Origin: an uncultured Actinomycetes bacterium | Lineage (GTDB): Bacteria; Actinomycetota; Thermoleophilia; Gaiellales; JAICJC01 | DNA: 64,000 nt | Assembly: GCA_963757605.1 (NCBI GenBank) | Contig: CAVWSF010000002.1 | Coordinates: 146,619 to 210,618 of the forward strand | Reading direction: 5' to 3' | In this document: positions 1 to 8,750 of the stretch, in pieces | How positions within the stretch are numbered: position 1 is the first letter of the stretch | How the letters are laid out: every line of letters begins with the position of its first letter | Notes under the pieces: generated by a model | Databases searched by the model: none | Told to the model about the DNA's origin: nothing | What the model saw: the letters and a program-made list of their open reading frames with translations, nothing else | Translations under genes and position numbers: made by a program

Positions 1-227
1 ACGATCAGCGCGTCGTGCCAGTTGACCGTGCCGTAGCGCGTCTGGCGCCAGGCGCCCATCGCGATCACGGGCACCATCGCCGCCAGCGAAGTCGCCACGG
101 CGACGTGGGCGGTGTGGCCGAGGAAGATCAGCGTCGGCACGAAGATGATGCCGCCGCCCACGCCGAAGAGCGCCGAGAGGGTGCCTGCCAGGACGCCGAG
201 CGCGACTGCGATCAGCTCGTGGCTCAC
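1..227 (-). CDS. TauE/SafE-family (DUF81) membrane protein; 3' part runs off the window
   Basis: A minus-strand GTG at 227-225 opens VSHELIAVALGVLAGTLSALFGVGGGIIFVPTLIFLGH..., the G-x-GGG-x3-P helix motif of TauE/SafE permeases. GC3 bias is strong. The start overlaps the upstream stop as GTGA. Confidence 0.6.
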   Translation of the reverse strand, partial: MSHELIAVALGVLAGTLSALFGVGGGIIFVPTLIFLGHTAHVAVATSLAAMVPVIAMGAWRQTRYGTVNWHDALI

Positions 228-580
228 AACGCCAGCTTCACCGCCGTCGCGAGCAGGAACGCGGCGAACGCCAGCGTCACTGTCCTGGCGGTGATCCGCT
301 GGTGGATCCAGGCGCCGAAGACCGCGCCGACCACGGCCGGCATGCCGATCAGCAGGGCGTCGCGCCAGGCCACGTTCCCGGCCTGTGCGTGCGACGCGGC
401 GGCCGCGATCGCGGTCAGGAGGATTGCCGCCAGGGAGGTCGACATGGCCCGCTTCGGCTGGTACCCGGCACCGGCGACGAGGAGCGGGACGATCAGGATC
501 CCGCCCCCGACTCCCAGCACGCCGGAGAGGAACCCGGCCGCCAGTCCGATGCCCACGAGGGCCAGGGTCCGCTCTGACAC
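224..580 (-). CDS. TauE/SafE-family (DUF81) membrane protein, half-size (~118 aa)
   Basis: Lies within ORF 224..682. Contains LALVGIGLAAGFLSGVLGVGGGILIVPLLV and about four hydrophobic helices. The likely start is GTG 580 (alternative GTG 556). Confidence 0.65.
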   Translation of the reverse strand: MSERTLALVGIGLAAGFLSGVLGVGGGILIVPLLVAGAGYQPKRAMSTSLAAILLTAIAAAASHAQAGNVAWRDALLIGMPAVVGAVFGAWIHQRITARTVTLAFAAFLLATAVKLAL

Positions 581-587
581 ACCGATA

Positions 588-1373
588 GTGTACGAGCCCG
601 TGGACCGGAGCCTGGCGCGTCTCGTGGCACCTCTGAGGGCCGATCCGCGGCACGGCGGCGTGGTGTGCGACATCGACGGCACGCTGGCACCGATCGCCGC
701 GACGCCCGACGACGCCCGGGTGGTCCCGGAGGCGCTCGATGCCCTCGACCGCTTGACGCGGGTCTACGCGCTCGTGGCCTGCGTGACCGGCCGGCCCGCC
801 GCCCAGGCCCGGCGCATGGTGCCGCTCGACGCCGTCGCGATCTCCGGGAACCACGGCCTCGAGGTGTGGCGCGACGGCGCCGTCCACCTCGCCCCGCAGG
901 CCGCCAAGTACGTGGAGCCGATGGCCGACGCGCTCCAGCTCGTGCGAAACGACGGGCTCCTCCCCGAGCTCGGCTGCCATATCGAGGACAAGGGGATCAC
1001 CTTCACGATCCACTTCCGCGGCTCGCCTCGCGCCGACCACGCGGCCCGCTACCTCGAGACGCAGATCGTGCCGAAGCTGGAGCGGGCGGGGCTCGCGTCG
1101 AGCTTCGGCCGGATGGTGCTCGAGGTCCGCCCGCCGATCGCGGTCGACAAGGGCGCGGCGGTGAAGCGGCTGCGCGGGCGCCGGCACATCACGGAGATCC
1201 TCTTCGTCGGCGACGACTCGAGCGACGTCGACGCGTTTCGCGAGGCGACGGTGCGGGTCGCCGTGCGATCGCCCGAGGCTCCGCGCGCGCTCCTGGCTGC
1301 GGCAGACGCCGTCGTCGACGGCCCGGCCGACGTCGTCGAGCTCCTGGAGCACCTCGCCGACACGACCGACTGA
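588..1373 (+). CDS. otsB: Trehalose-6-phosphate phosphatase (HAD family)
   Basis: HAD motifs are DIDGTLAP, CVTGR and GDDSSDVDAF. Domain order and length are typical of OtsB. The 5' part of ORF 15..1373 is antisense to the TauE gene and was discarded. The start is GTG 588 or 600. Confidence 0.75.
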   Translation: MYEPVDRSLARLVAPLRADPRHGGVVCDIDGTLAPIAATPDDARVVPEALDALDRLTRVYALVACVTGRPAAQARRMVPLDAVAISGNHGLEVWRDGAVHLAPQAAKYVEPMADALQLVRNDGLLPELGCHIEDKGITFTIHFRGSPRADHAARYLETQIVPKLERAGLASSFGRMVLEVRPPIAVDKGAAVKRLRGRRHITEILFVGDDSSDVDAFREATVRVAVRSPEAPRALLAAADAVVDGPADVVELLEHLADTTD

Positions 1374-1419
1374 CTGACGGCCCGTTGCGGCCCGCCCCGG
1401 GCACCCGTACCCTCGAGGT

Positions 1420-1608
1420 GTGAACGCCGCAGACACCATCGCCGTCGACGTGCACCCGGCCGAGCTCGCCGAGATCGCTCCCGACGTGGTCGACGTCTAT
1501 GCCGCCCTGCGGGCGCAGTTCTACTGGGCCGACCGGGTCATCGTGAACCCGGGCGCTGTCGAGCCCGAGGTCCTGGAGGGCGAGATCGTCGCCCCCACAG
1601 ACCGTTAA
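1420..1608 (+). CDS. Small hypothetical protein (62 aa)
   Basis: GTG-initiated ORF with the same strong G/C third-position bias as neighbouring genes. No family recognised. Confidence 0.4.
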   Translation: MNAADTIAVDVHPAELAEIAPDVVDVYAALRAQFYWADRVIVNPGAVEPEVLEGEIVAPTDR

Positions 1609-1629
1609 CCGGATCGACACCGGATCGAC
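1608..1629. repeat. Perfect tandem 11-nt direct repeat (ACCGGATCGAC x2)
   Basis: ACCGGATCGAC occurs at 1608-1618 and again at 1619-1629, about 80 nt upstream of the ATG at 1709. Confidence 0.9.
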
Positions 1630-1708
1630 CCCAGTTCTTCGCCCAGGGTGAACATTCCCGGGCCTAGGGTGACCGCCGACAGGAGGCACCCTTCACCGGA
1701 GGACACCC

Positions 1709-3286
1709 ATGAGACGTGCAGTTCTGGTGGTCGCCGCATGCGCGCTTGCCGCCGCTGCGGCCCCGGCCGCGGCAGCCATCTCGCCGCCGGGCGTTCCCAA
1801 CGCCAACCACCGAGTCGGACACCCGGCCAACAAGATCGCGCCGGGATTCACGCTGACGAAGGTCGCCCAGGGCTCGGACCGACTCGAGAACCCGTCCGGG
1901 CTGATCACGAAGTTCGGCTTTCTGAACGACGGCTCGACCCAGCCGATCGAGCCGACGAAGACCGAGCCCGACCAGAACACCTACCTGGTGTTCAAGCACG
2001 GCCTCCCGGGGCCGACCCATGGCTACGACTACGGCACGCACTTCCTCTTCCAGGGTCACGAGCTCTTCGAGGGCGACCTCGCGTACGTCACGCGCGTCAA
2101 CCTCGACGTGACCGACCCGGCCCACCGCATCACGCTCCTGACGCCGGTCGGGAGCGACGGCCTGACGCACCTCAACTCGCTTGACGGCACGACGTGGGAT
2201 CCGTTCACGCACACGCTTCTCGCGACACAGGAAAACGACAACGTGGCCGCCCCGATCCAGCTCTCGATGGACTGGCCGGCGAAGCGAACCACGCTGGAGG
2301 CGATCGGCCGCGGCGGCTATGAGGGCATCCATCCCGACGACCAGGGCAACCTGATCCTGGCCGAAGACGTCGGTGGCACCGAGGTGACCGTCGACCCGTC
2401 CGATCCGGCGGCGCCCGAGGTCGCAAAGCAGCCGAACTCGTTCATTTACCGGTTCGTGCCGAAGAACCGGAGTGATCTGATGAAGGGCGGAAAGCTCCAG
2501 GCCCTCCAGGTCACGATCAACGGCCACGCAGTGCGGTTCCATGCCGCAAACCCGTCCGGCGACGTCTTCTCCCAGGATCGGCTCAAGCTGCATACGCTCG
2601 GCACGTCCTGGCCGGCGAAGTGGATCACGATCCACAACACCGCCACGCACGGCATGGCGCCGTTCGACGCCAACGCGCTCGCCAAGGCCGCGGGGGCAAC
2701 GCCCTTCGAGCGCCCCGAGAACCTCCAGTTCCGGCCCGGATCCGGCTTCCACACGTTCGTCTTCGCGGCGACCGGTGACACGAATGCCGACGCGGGCTCC
2801 GTGCCGGCGCTCGCAAAGAGAGGTTCGTGGGGGAGCCTCTTCACCGTGCGGATCGGCGCCGGCGGCCAGGGGCACATCTCGATCCTGGGGCTCGGCGATG
2901 CGACACACGCCGCGTTCGACAACGTGGCGTTTGCCGACCGCAACACGCTCCTCGCCGGCGAGGATCGCGGTGACGGACTGCACGCGCAGCTCAACACGCT
3001 CGACTCGCTCTGGGCATACGACATGACCGATCCGGCGCACCCGGTGCGGTTCATCGCCGAGGGGCGTGACCCGGAGGCGGAGGCCGACGCGGCGCTCCTG
3101 GACGCCGGCACGCCGGGCTTCCAGAACGACGGCGACAACGAGGTGACCGGCGTGCACGTCTCGTCGGGCTCCCCATTTGTCGCCGGAATGCAGGGACGCG
3201 TGGGCGCGTTCGCCAGTGCGCGGTGGTTCTTCACCCAGCAGCACGGCAAGAACACCGTCTGGGAGATCCTCCCGGAAGCCTCGTAG
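1709..3286 (+). CDS. Secreted beta-rich protein, possibly PhoX/DUF839-like phosphatase
   Basis: Signal peptide MRRAVLVVAACALAAAAAPAAAA. Segments FERPENLQF and ARWFFTQQHGKNTVWEI are reminiscent of PhoX/DUF839. The CDS is solid; the family call is tentative. Confidence 0.6.
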   Translation: MRRAVLVVAACALAAAAAPAAAAISPPGVPNANHRVGHPANKIAPGFTLTKVAQGSDRLENPSGLITKFGFLNDGSTQPIEPTKTEPDQNTYLVFKHGLPGPTHGYDYGTHFLFQGHELFEGDLAYVTRVNLDVTDPAHRITLLTPVGSDGLTHLNSLDGTTWDPFTHTLLATQENDNVAAPIQLSMDWPAKRTTLEAIGRGGYEGIHPDDQGNLILAEDVGGTEVTVDPSDPAAPEVAKQPNSFIYRFVPKNRSDLMKGGKLQALQVTINGHAVRFHAANPSGDVFSQDRLKLHTLGTSWPAKWITIHNTATHGMAPFDANALAKAAGATPFERPENLQFRPGSGFHTFVFAATGDTNADAGSVPALAKRGSWGSLFTVRIGAGGQGHISILGLGDATHAAFDNVAFADRNTLLAGEDRGDGLHAQLNTLDSLWAYDMTDPAHPVRFIAEGRDPEAEADAALLDAGTPGFQNDGDNEVTGVHVSSGSPFVAGMQGRVGAFASARWFFTQQHGKNTVWEILPEAS

Positions 3287-3301
3287 CCGAACCGCGCGAG
3301 C

Positions 3302-5041
3302 CTATGGCCCGAGCTGCGCCTGCAGCTCGGGCCATTCGCGCGTGTTGACGACGTTCTCGGTCGTGGCCCAGCCGCGCCGGGCCGTCGCGACGCCGTAGCG
3401 CAGGTAGTCGAGCGCGGCGACCGAGTGGGCGTCCGTGTCGACGGCGAGCAGGGCACCGGCCTCGACTGCGAGCCGCACGTGCGTATCGCGCAGGTCGAGC
3501 CGCTCGGGCTGGCAGCTCACCTCGACGCTCGTCCCGGTCTCAACCGCCTTCGCGATCACGGCCTCGATGTCGAGCGGGTTCGGCTCGCGGCTGCCGATCC
3601 GGCGGCCGGTGGGATGGCCCAGGATGTCGACATGCGGGTTCTCGAGCGCGGCGCAGATCCGCTTGGTCTGGTCGGCCGCCGACAGCCGGTGCGAGGCGTG
3701 GACGCTCGCCACCACCACGTCGAGCTCGGCGAGAAGCTCGTCGGAGTAGTCGAGCGACCCGTCGCGCAGGATGTCGACCTCGGCCCCGGCCAGGAGCACG
3801 AAGTCCGGGGCAAGCGTCTCGGCCAGCGCGCGCACCCGCTCGACCTGGTCGCGCATCCGGCCGGCGTCGAGCCCCATCCCGAACCCGACAGCCGGCGAGT
3901 GGTCGGTGACGTTCATGTAGCCGTAGCCGCGGGCCCGGGCCGCCGCGACCATCTGCTCGAGCGTCGCCTTCCCGTCCGACCAGTCGGTGTGCGTGTGCAG
4001 GTCGCCCCGGATCTGATCCATCTCGAGGAGGTCGGGGAGCTGCCCCTTGCGGGCCGCCTCGATCTCGCCCCGGTTCTCGCGCAGCTCCGGGGGGATCCAC
4101 GGCAGCCCGAGCCGCTCGTAGACCTCGACCTCCTCCTCGCACGCCAGCACCTCGCCGGTCTCGACCTCCTCGATGCCGTACTCGCTCACCTTGAGCCCGG
4201 CGCGCACGGCCGCCTCGCGCAGCGCGACGTTGTGGTGCTTGGAGCCCGTGAGGTGCTGGAGCAGGTTGCCGTACACCTCCGGCGGCACCATGCGCAGCTC
4301 AACCACGGTGCCGTCGTGGGCCACCGCCGCGATCCGGTTGTCGCCGCGTGAGGCGACCTGTGCGACCCAGTCCTGCGCGACGAACGCCTCCCCAGCCGTG
4401 AGCCGGTTGGAGACCGCCGCGACGATGTCGATGTCCTTGCCGGTCTCGGCGAACCGGCGCAGGCTCCCGGCGGGCTGGCACCGGACGACGGCGTCGCAGC
4501 GGCCCAGCTCCTCGACGATCCGCTCGGCTAGCGGGAGGAGCCGGCCGATCGACGTGCGCCGCACCGGCGTGCCGTCGCCGTCCTTCAGGCCCTCGAGGAT
4601 CGCCTCCTCGGTCTTCTGGCCCAGGCCGCCCAGGCTGCGGATGCGCTTGGCCTCCGCCGCCTCGCGCACCTGCTCGACGGTCTCGAGGCCAAGCTCCGAG
4701 AAGATTCGCCGCGCCGTCTTGGGGCCGATCCCGGGGATGTGCATGATGGTGATCGCGCCGGGCGGATTTCGCTTGACCAGCTTGTCGAGCGCTGAGATCT
4801 CACCGCTCTCGAGGAGCTCGCCCACCTTGGCCGCGACCGTCTCGCCGACGCCGGGGAGCGACGTGAGCCGGCCCTCCGCCGAGAGCCTGGCGACGGACTC
4901 GGGGGTCTCACGGAGCGACTTCGCCGCCCGCCGGTAGGCGAGGATCCGATAGACGACCGCGCCCTCCAGCTCGAGCAGGTCGGCCATGAGCTCGAATCGG
5001 TCGGCGATCGCGCCGTTTGTCAGCTGCTGCTCCGTGGCCAC
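3302..5041 (-). CDS. polX: DNA polymerase X family protein with C-terminal PHP domain
   Basis: HhH motifs LPGVGETVAAKV and IPGIGPKTARRI are followed by a PolX nucleotidyltransferase core. The PHP domain shows GDLHTHTDWSDG and NVTDHSP. Confidence 0.9.
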   Translation of the reverse strand: MATEQQLTNGAIADRFELMADLLELEGAVVYRILAYRRAAKSLRETPESVARLSAEGRLTSLPGVGETVAAKVGELLESGEISALDKLVKRNPPGAITIMHIPGIGPKTARRIFSELGLETVEQVREAAEAKRIRSLGGLGQKTEEAILEGLKDGDGTPVRRTSIGRLLPLAERIVEELGRCDAVVRCQPAGSLRRFAETGKDIDIVAAVSNRLTAGEAFVAQDWVAQVASRGDNRIAAVAHDGTVVELRMVPPEVYGNLLQHLTGSKHHNVALREAAVRAGLKVSEYGIEEVETGEVLACEEEVEVYERLGLPWIPPELRENRGEIEAARKGQLPDLLEMDQIRGDLHTHTDWSDGKATLEQMVAAARARGYGYMNVTDHSPAVGFGMGLDAGRMRDQVERVRALAETLAPDFVLLAGAEVDILRDGSLDYSDELLAELDVVVASVHASHRLSAADQTKRICAALENPHVDILGHPTGRRIGSREPNPLDIEAVIAKAVETGTSVEVSCQPERLDLRDTHVRLAVEAGALLAVDTDAHSVAALDYLRYGVATARRGWATTENVVNTREWPELQAQLGP

Positions 5042-5112
5042 GGGGGGATGATACGAACGCGGCGGGTTGCGGTTACCAGGTTGGCGGGCTTCGCTGGTAC
5101 ATTGAGAGTGTC

Positions 5113-6597
5113 ATGGGACGGTGGCTGCACTCCGCCGGAGCCAAGGCCGCGGCGGGTGCCGCGGCGGCCGTTGTCGTTGGAGTCACCGCCGTCGCCGCCT
5201 ACGGCCTCTCGTCACGCGCGGATCTCGGCCCCGTGACGCCGCTCGCGGGCGCGAACGTGAAGTCGGCGACCCCGCCGATCTCGGTCGGCGTCTCGAACGC
5301 CTCGCATCTGGGCCGCTACACGCTGCGGATCGACGGCCGCGACGTGACGACGCAGAGCTCGCTCTCCGGCGGGTCGATCCGGCTCGCCGGCATGCACCTG
5401 GACGACGGGCGCCACACGGTGTCCGTCCGGGCGACGGGCGACGGCCTCTTCGGAAGCGCGGTCAACCGCTCATGGGCGTTCACCGTCGACACCCACGCGC
5501 CGCGGCTCCAGCTGGGCGCCGTTCCGCACGGCTGGGTGCGCGCGCAAACGCTCGACCTCACCGGCCATACGGAGCCGGGCGTCCGCGTCACCGCTGCGGC
5601 CGACGTCGTCACCGCGCACACCATCTCCAAGAGCGACGGCAGCTTCGCGCTGTCGCTCGGGGTCTCGGACGGGACGTACCCCGTCTCCGTCACCGCCGCC
5701 GACGCCGCCGGCAACCAGCGCACGGCGACGGTCGACGTCGAGATCGACGCCACGGCGCCCGATGTCGCGATCTCCCTTCCGGACGTCGTCCACTCGAGCC
5801 GGCCGATTCTTGCCGTCAAGGTGACCGACACCGCGCCGGCGCACGAGACCGTGCGGCTCGACGGCCTGCGCACGCAGCCGGGGACGCGCCCGGCGATCCC
5901 GCTCTCGCAGGGCCGCCACACGCTCTCGGTGGCCGCGCACGACAAGGCCGGGAACCGGACGGAGAAGCGGATGCAGTTCGTCGTCGACTCGACGGAGCAC
6001 CTCGGCGACGCCACGTTGCGCCAGGGCGCGATCGGGAAGGACGTGAGCGACCTCCAGAAGCTCCTGAAGCGGCAGGGCTTCCTGCACGCCAAGCCGAGCG
6101 GCGTCTACGCGGGCGGCACGGTCGCCGCGGTGAAGGCGTTCCAGAAGGCGAGCAACCTGCCGATCGACGGCGCGGTCGGCGTCTACACGCTGGGCGCCCT
6201 GTCCGGCCGGATCGAGATCGACCAGTCGTCGCACATGCTCACGCTGGAGCGCTTCGGCCACCCCAACGTGACGTTCCCGGTCGCGGTCGGCCAGCCCGCC
6301 TACCCGACGCCCGACGGGCGCTTCACGATCATCAGCAAGGTCGAGAACCCGACCTGGGTGCCGCCGCCGGACGCGCCGTGGGCGCAGGGCGCCGTGCCGA
6401 TCCCGCCGGGGCCCGGAAACCCGCTCGGGACCCGCTGGATGGGCCTCTCGTCGCCGGGTGTCGGCATCCACGGAACCGACGACCCGAACTCGATCGGCTA
6501 CAGCGTCTCGCACGGCTGCATCCGTATGCAGGTTCCCGACGCGGAGCGGCTCTTCACCATGGTCAGCCTGGGAATGAGCGTCTACATCCACGCATAA
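5113..6597 (+). CDS. L,D-transpeptidase (YkuD) with Ig-like repeats and a peptidoglycan-binding domain
   Basis: Has an N-terminal anchor and a PG_binding_1-like segment KDVSDLQKLLKRQGF..VKAFQKASNLPIDG. The catalytic motif is SHGCIRM. ATG 5113 is preferred over the in-frame upstream extension. Confidence 0.85.
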   Translation: MGRWLHSAGAKAAAGAAAAVVVGVTAVAAYGLSSRADLGPVTPLAGANVKSATPPISVGVSNASHLGRYTLRIDGRDVTTQSSLSGGSIRLAGMHLDDGRHTVSVRATGDGLFGSAVNRSWAFTVDTHAPRLQLGAVPHGWVRAQTLDLTGHTEPGVRVTAAADVVTAHTISKSDGSFALSLGVSDGTYPVSVTAADAAGNQRTATVDVEIDATAPDVAISLPDVVHSSRPILAVKVTDTAPAHETVRLDGLRTQPGTRPAIPLSQGRHTLSVAAHDKAGNRTEKRMQFVVDSTEHLGDATLRQGAIGKDVSDLQKLLKRQGFLHAKPSGVYAGGTVAAVKAFQKASNLPIDGAVGVYTLGALSGRIEIDQSSHMLTLERFGHPNVTFPVAVGQPAYPTPDGRFTIISKVENPTWVPPPDAPWAQGAVPIPPGPGNPLGTRWMGLSSPGVGIHGTDDPNSIGYSVSHGCIRMQVPDAERLFTMVSLGMSVYIHA

Positions 6598-6618
6598 GCA
6601 GCGGGGTATAGTCCAGCC

Positions 6619-6963
6619 ATGGCCGAGCGCATGCTCGAGGTGACCGACTCCAACTGGGACGCCGAGGTCGTCGGCTCCGACCAGCCGGTCGTCGTCGACT
6701 TCTGGGCGCCGTGGTGCGGCCCCTGCCGGGTGATGGACCCGATCCTCGACGAGCTCGCCGGCCAGCACTCCGGCCGCGTCAAGTTCACCAAGCTGAACGT
6801 GGACGACAACTTCCAGACGGCGGCCCGCTACGACATCCTCTCGATCCCGACCGTCATGGTCTTCGAGGGCGGCCAGATGCAGAAGAAGCTGATCGGAGCG
6901 CTCCCGCGGCGGCGGATCGAGGACGAGCTCTCGACCTGGCTCGGCGCCGGGTCAGGCGCGTAG
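6619..6963 (+). CDS. trxA: Thioredoxin
   Basis: WAPWCGPCR active site, 114 aa. TATAGT at 6607-6612 ends 6 nt before the ATG. Confidence 0.95.
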   Translation: MAERMLEVTDSNWDAEVVGSDQPVVVDFWAPWCGPCRVMDPILDELAGQHSGRVKFTKLNVDDNFQTAARYDILSIPTVMVFEGGQMQKKLIGALPRRRIEDELSTWLGAGSGA

Positions 6964-7788
6964 CAGCGAGAGCACCGCAACCCCGGCGAAGATGACCGCT
7001 GCGCCGGCACGCTGGCGCAGGCCGAGCCGCTCGCCGAACACCACGTAGCTCGTGGCCGCCGCGACGGCGGCGAACTGCGACGCGAGCACGGCTGGGATCG
7101 CGACGCCGTTCCCCGACCCGCCGATGAACGCCGCGAAGCCGATCAGCTCGGCAAGCGCCGAGAACGTCACCATCCACCACACCCGACCGGGGCGCGGCAG
7201 CGACCGCGTAACCAGGAGAGGGCCGGCGATCGCCGTCACGCCGATCGCCCGGGCCACCAGGATCGTCCACAGCGCCCCCAGCTCGTCGCCGGCCTTCGCG
7301 CTCCCGACAAGGCCGATGCCGAAGCTGCAGGCGGCGATCATCGCGTAGAGCGACGGGCGCATGTGGATGTCGGTGGCCGACCCTCGCAGCGTGACGACAA
7401 AGATCCCGAGCGCGATCACGCCCAGGCACATGGCGACGCCCACGGTCAACCGCTCGCCGAGCGCGATCGAGAGCAGCGCCGCGAGCGCGCCCTCCGTCGA
7501 GGCGATCGGCGCCACCACCCCGACCTTCCCGACCCGCAGCGCCCGGTACATCATCGAGAGCCCGAACGCCGACCCGATGCCGGCGGCGACCGCCCAGGCC
7601 CAGGCCGACCCGGAGATGCCGTGCGGGATGCCCGAGAGCGGCGCCAGCGCGAGCGTGAGCACGCCGCCTATGAGCATGACCCACGCCAGGGCGCCCTGCG
7701 AGCCGATGGCCTTCGTCGAGCGCGACGCGACCACCGTCGAGAGGCCCCACATGACGGCGGCCGTGAGCCCTGCGAGGACCGGGATCAC
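6952..7788 (-). CDS. EamA/DMT-family transporter
   Basis: Two EamA-like 5-TM halves within ORF 6952..8100. GTG 7788 overlaps the thiL stop (GTGA). The Arg-rich 5' extension was discarded. Confidence 0.75.
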   Translation of the reverse strand: MIPVLAGLTAAVMWGLSTVVASRSTKAIGSQGALAWVMLIGGVLTLALAPLSGIPHGISGSAWAWAVAAGIGSAFGLSMMYRALRVGKVGVVAPIASTEGALAALLSIALGERLTVGVAMCLGVIALGIFVVTLRGSATDIHMRPSLYAMIAACSFGIGLVGSAKAGDELGALWTILVARAIGVTAIAGPLLVTRSLPRPGRVWWMVTFSALAELIGFAAFIGGSGNGVAIPAVLASQFAAVAAATSYVVFGERLGLRQRAGAAVIFAGVAVLSLLRA

Positions 7789-8609
7789 GCGAAATGGTCC
7801 CAGCCGCGAAGCGTGCGGGGTGCGCCCGTCGCGTCGACGAGCAGCACGCCCGGCTCGGCGGTGAGCCGGCCGACGACGGTGACCGGCACCGGCGGCTCGG
7901 CGCCGGGTGGAAGCGCCGCCAGGAGCTCGTAGTCCTCGCCGCCCGCCGCCGCCTGCTCGACGGTGGCGCCGGGCGCGCGCGGCAGCCGCTCGAGCTCGAC
8001 GACGGCGCCCGTCCCCGATGCCCGGGCCAGTCGCTCCGCATCGGTCGCGATCCCGTCGGAGAGGTCGATCATGGCGGTCGCGACGGCCGCCAGCGCGCAC
8101 CCCTCCTCGATCCGCGGCGTCAGGCGCCGGGCGTACCCGGCGGCGGCCTGGCCGCCCAGCTCGCCCGTGACGACGAGGACGTCGCCGGACCGTCCGCCGG
8201 AGCGGCGCACCGGCCGCTCGGACCGCCCGATGGCCGTCACAGACACGATCAGGACCGGCGCCCGCGACAGGTCGCCGCCGGCGATGGGAACACCGTGCTC
8301 GCTCATTCCGGCCGCGATCTCGGCGGCGTCCTCGAACCCGGGCGGAAGCCCGAACGCCGCCAGGAGCGCCACCGGCCGGGCCCCCATCGCCGCCAGGTCC
8401 GACAGGTTGGCCGCGGCCGCTCGGTGCCCCACGTCGCGGGGGCTCGTGCGGGCCAGGTCGAAGTGGACGCCCTCCACCAGGACGTCGGTCGAGGCGACCG
8501 TGCCGTCGTCGAGGACGGCGGCGTCGTCACCGATGCCGAGCGCGACCCCGCCGGACGGCGGCCCCACGGCTCGCGCGATCGCCGAGACCAGCGCGTCCTC
8601 TGGTAGCAT
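7785..8609 (-). CDS. thiL: Thiamine-monophosphate kinase
   Basis: Motifs GIGDDAAVL, TDVLVEGVHF and AAANLSDLAAMGA. The start is ATG 8609 (alternative TTG 8618). Confidence 0.85.
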   Translation of the reverse strand: MLPEDALVSAIARAVGPPSGGVALGIGDDAAVLDDGTVASTDVLVEGVHFDLARTSPRDVGHRAAAANLSDLAAMGARPVALLAAFGLPPGFEDAAEIAAGMSEHGVPIAGGDLSRAPVLIVSVTAIGRSERPVRRSGGRSGDVLVVTGELGGQAAAGYARRLTPRIEEGCALAAVATAMIDLSDGIATDAERLARASGTGAVVELERLPRAPGATVEQAAAGGEDYELLAALPPGAEPPVPVTVVGRLTAEPGVLLVDATGAPRTLRGWDHFA

Positions 8610-8704
8610 GGCGCGCAATGTACTCGTCGCTGCAGCTCGGCTTCGCCTTTACCAGGGACACCGGAGGCGGCTGAGCGCACGCGACCACGCGAAGCGACCG
8701 AAGC

Positions 8705-8736
8705 GGCCTCCGGAGCACCGGGGGCCTTTCTCGTTT
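8705..8736 (+). terminator. Intrinsic-terminator-like hairpin with T-rich tail in the pheA leader (attenuator candidate)
   Basis: GGCCTCCGG-AGCA-CCGGGGGCC forms a 9-bp stem with one G.U pair and is followed by TTTCTCGTTT. It lies 15 nt before the pheA ATG, inside a divergent promoter region. Confidence 0.5.
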
Positions 8737-8750
8737 AAACGGAGGATCTG

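Noticed and set aside
6571-6596. GGAAT upstream of trxA as a possible SigR-type promoter, since trxA is a classic SigR target.
   Set aside because: The GGAAT is followed after 18 nt by ATA, not GTT. No GTT occurs at a 16-19 nt spacing. A housekeeping-type TATAGT -10 element is present instead.
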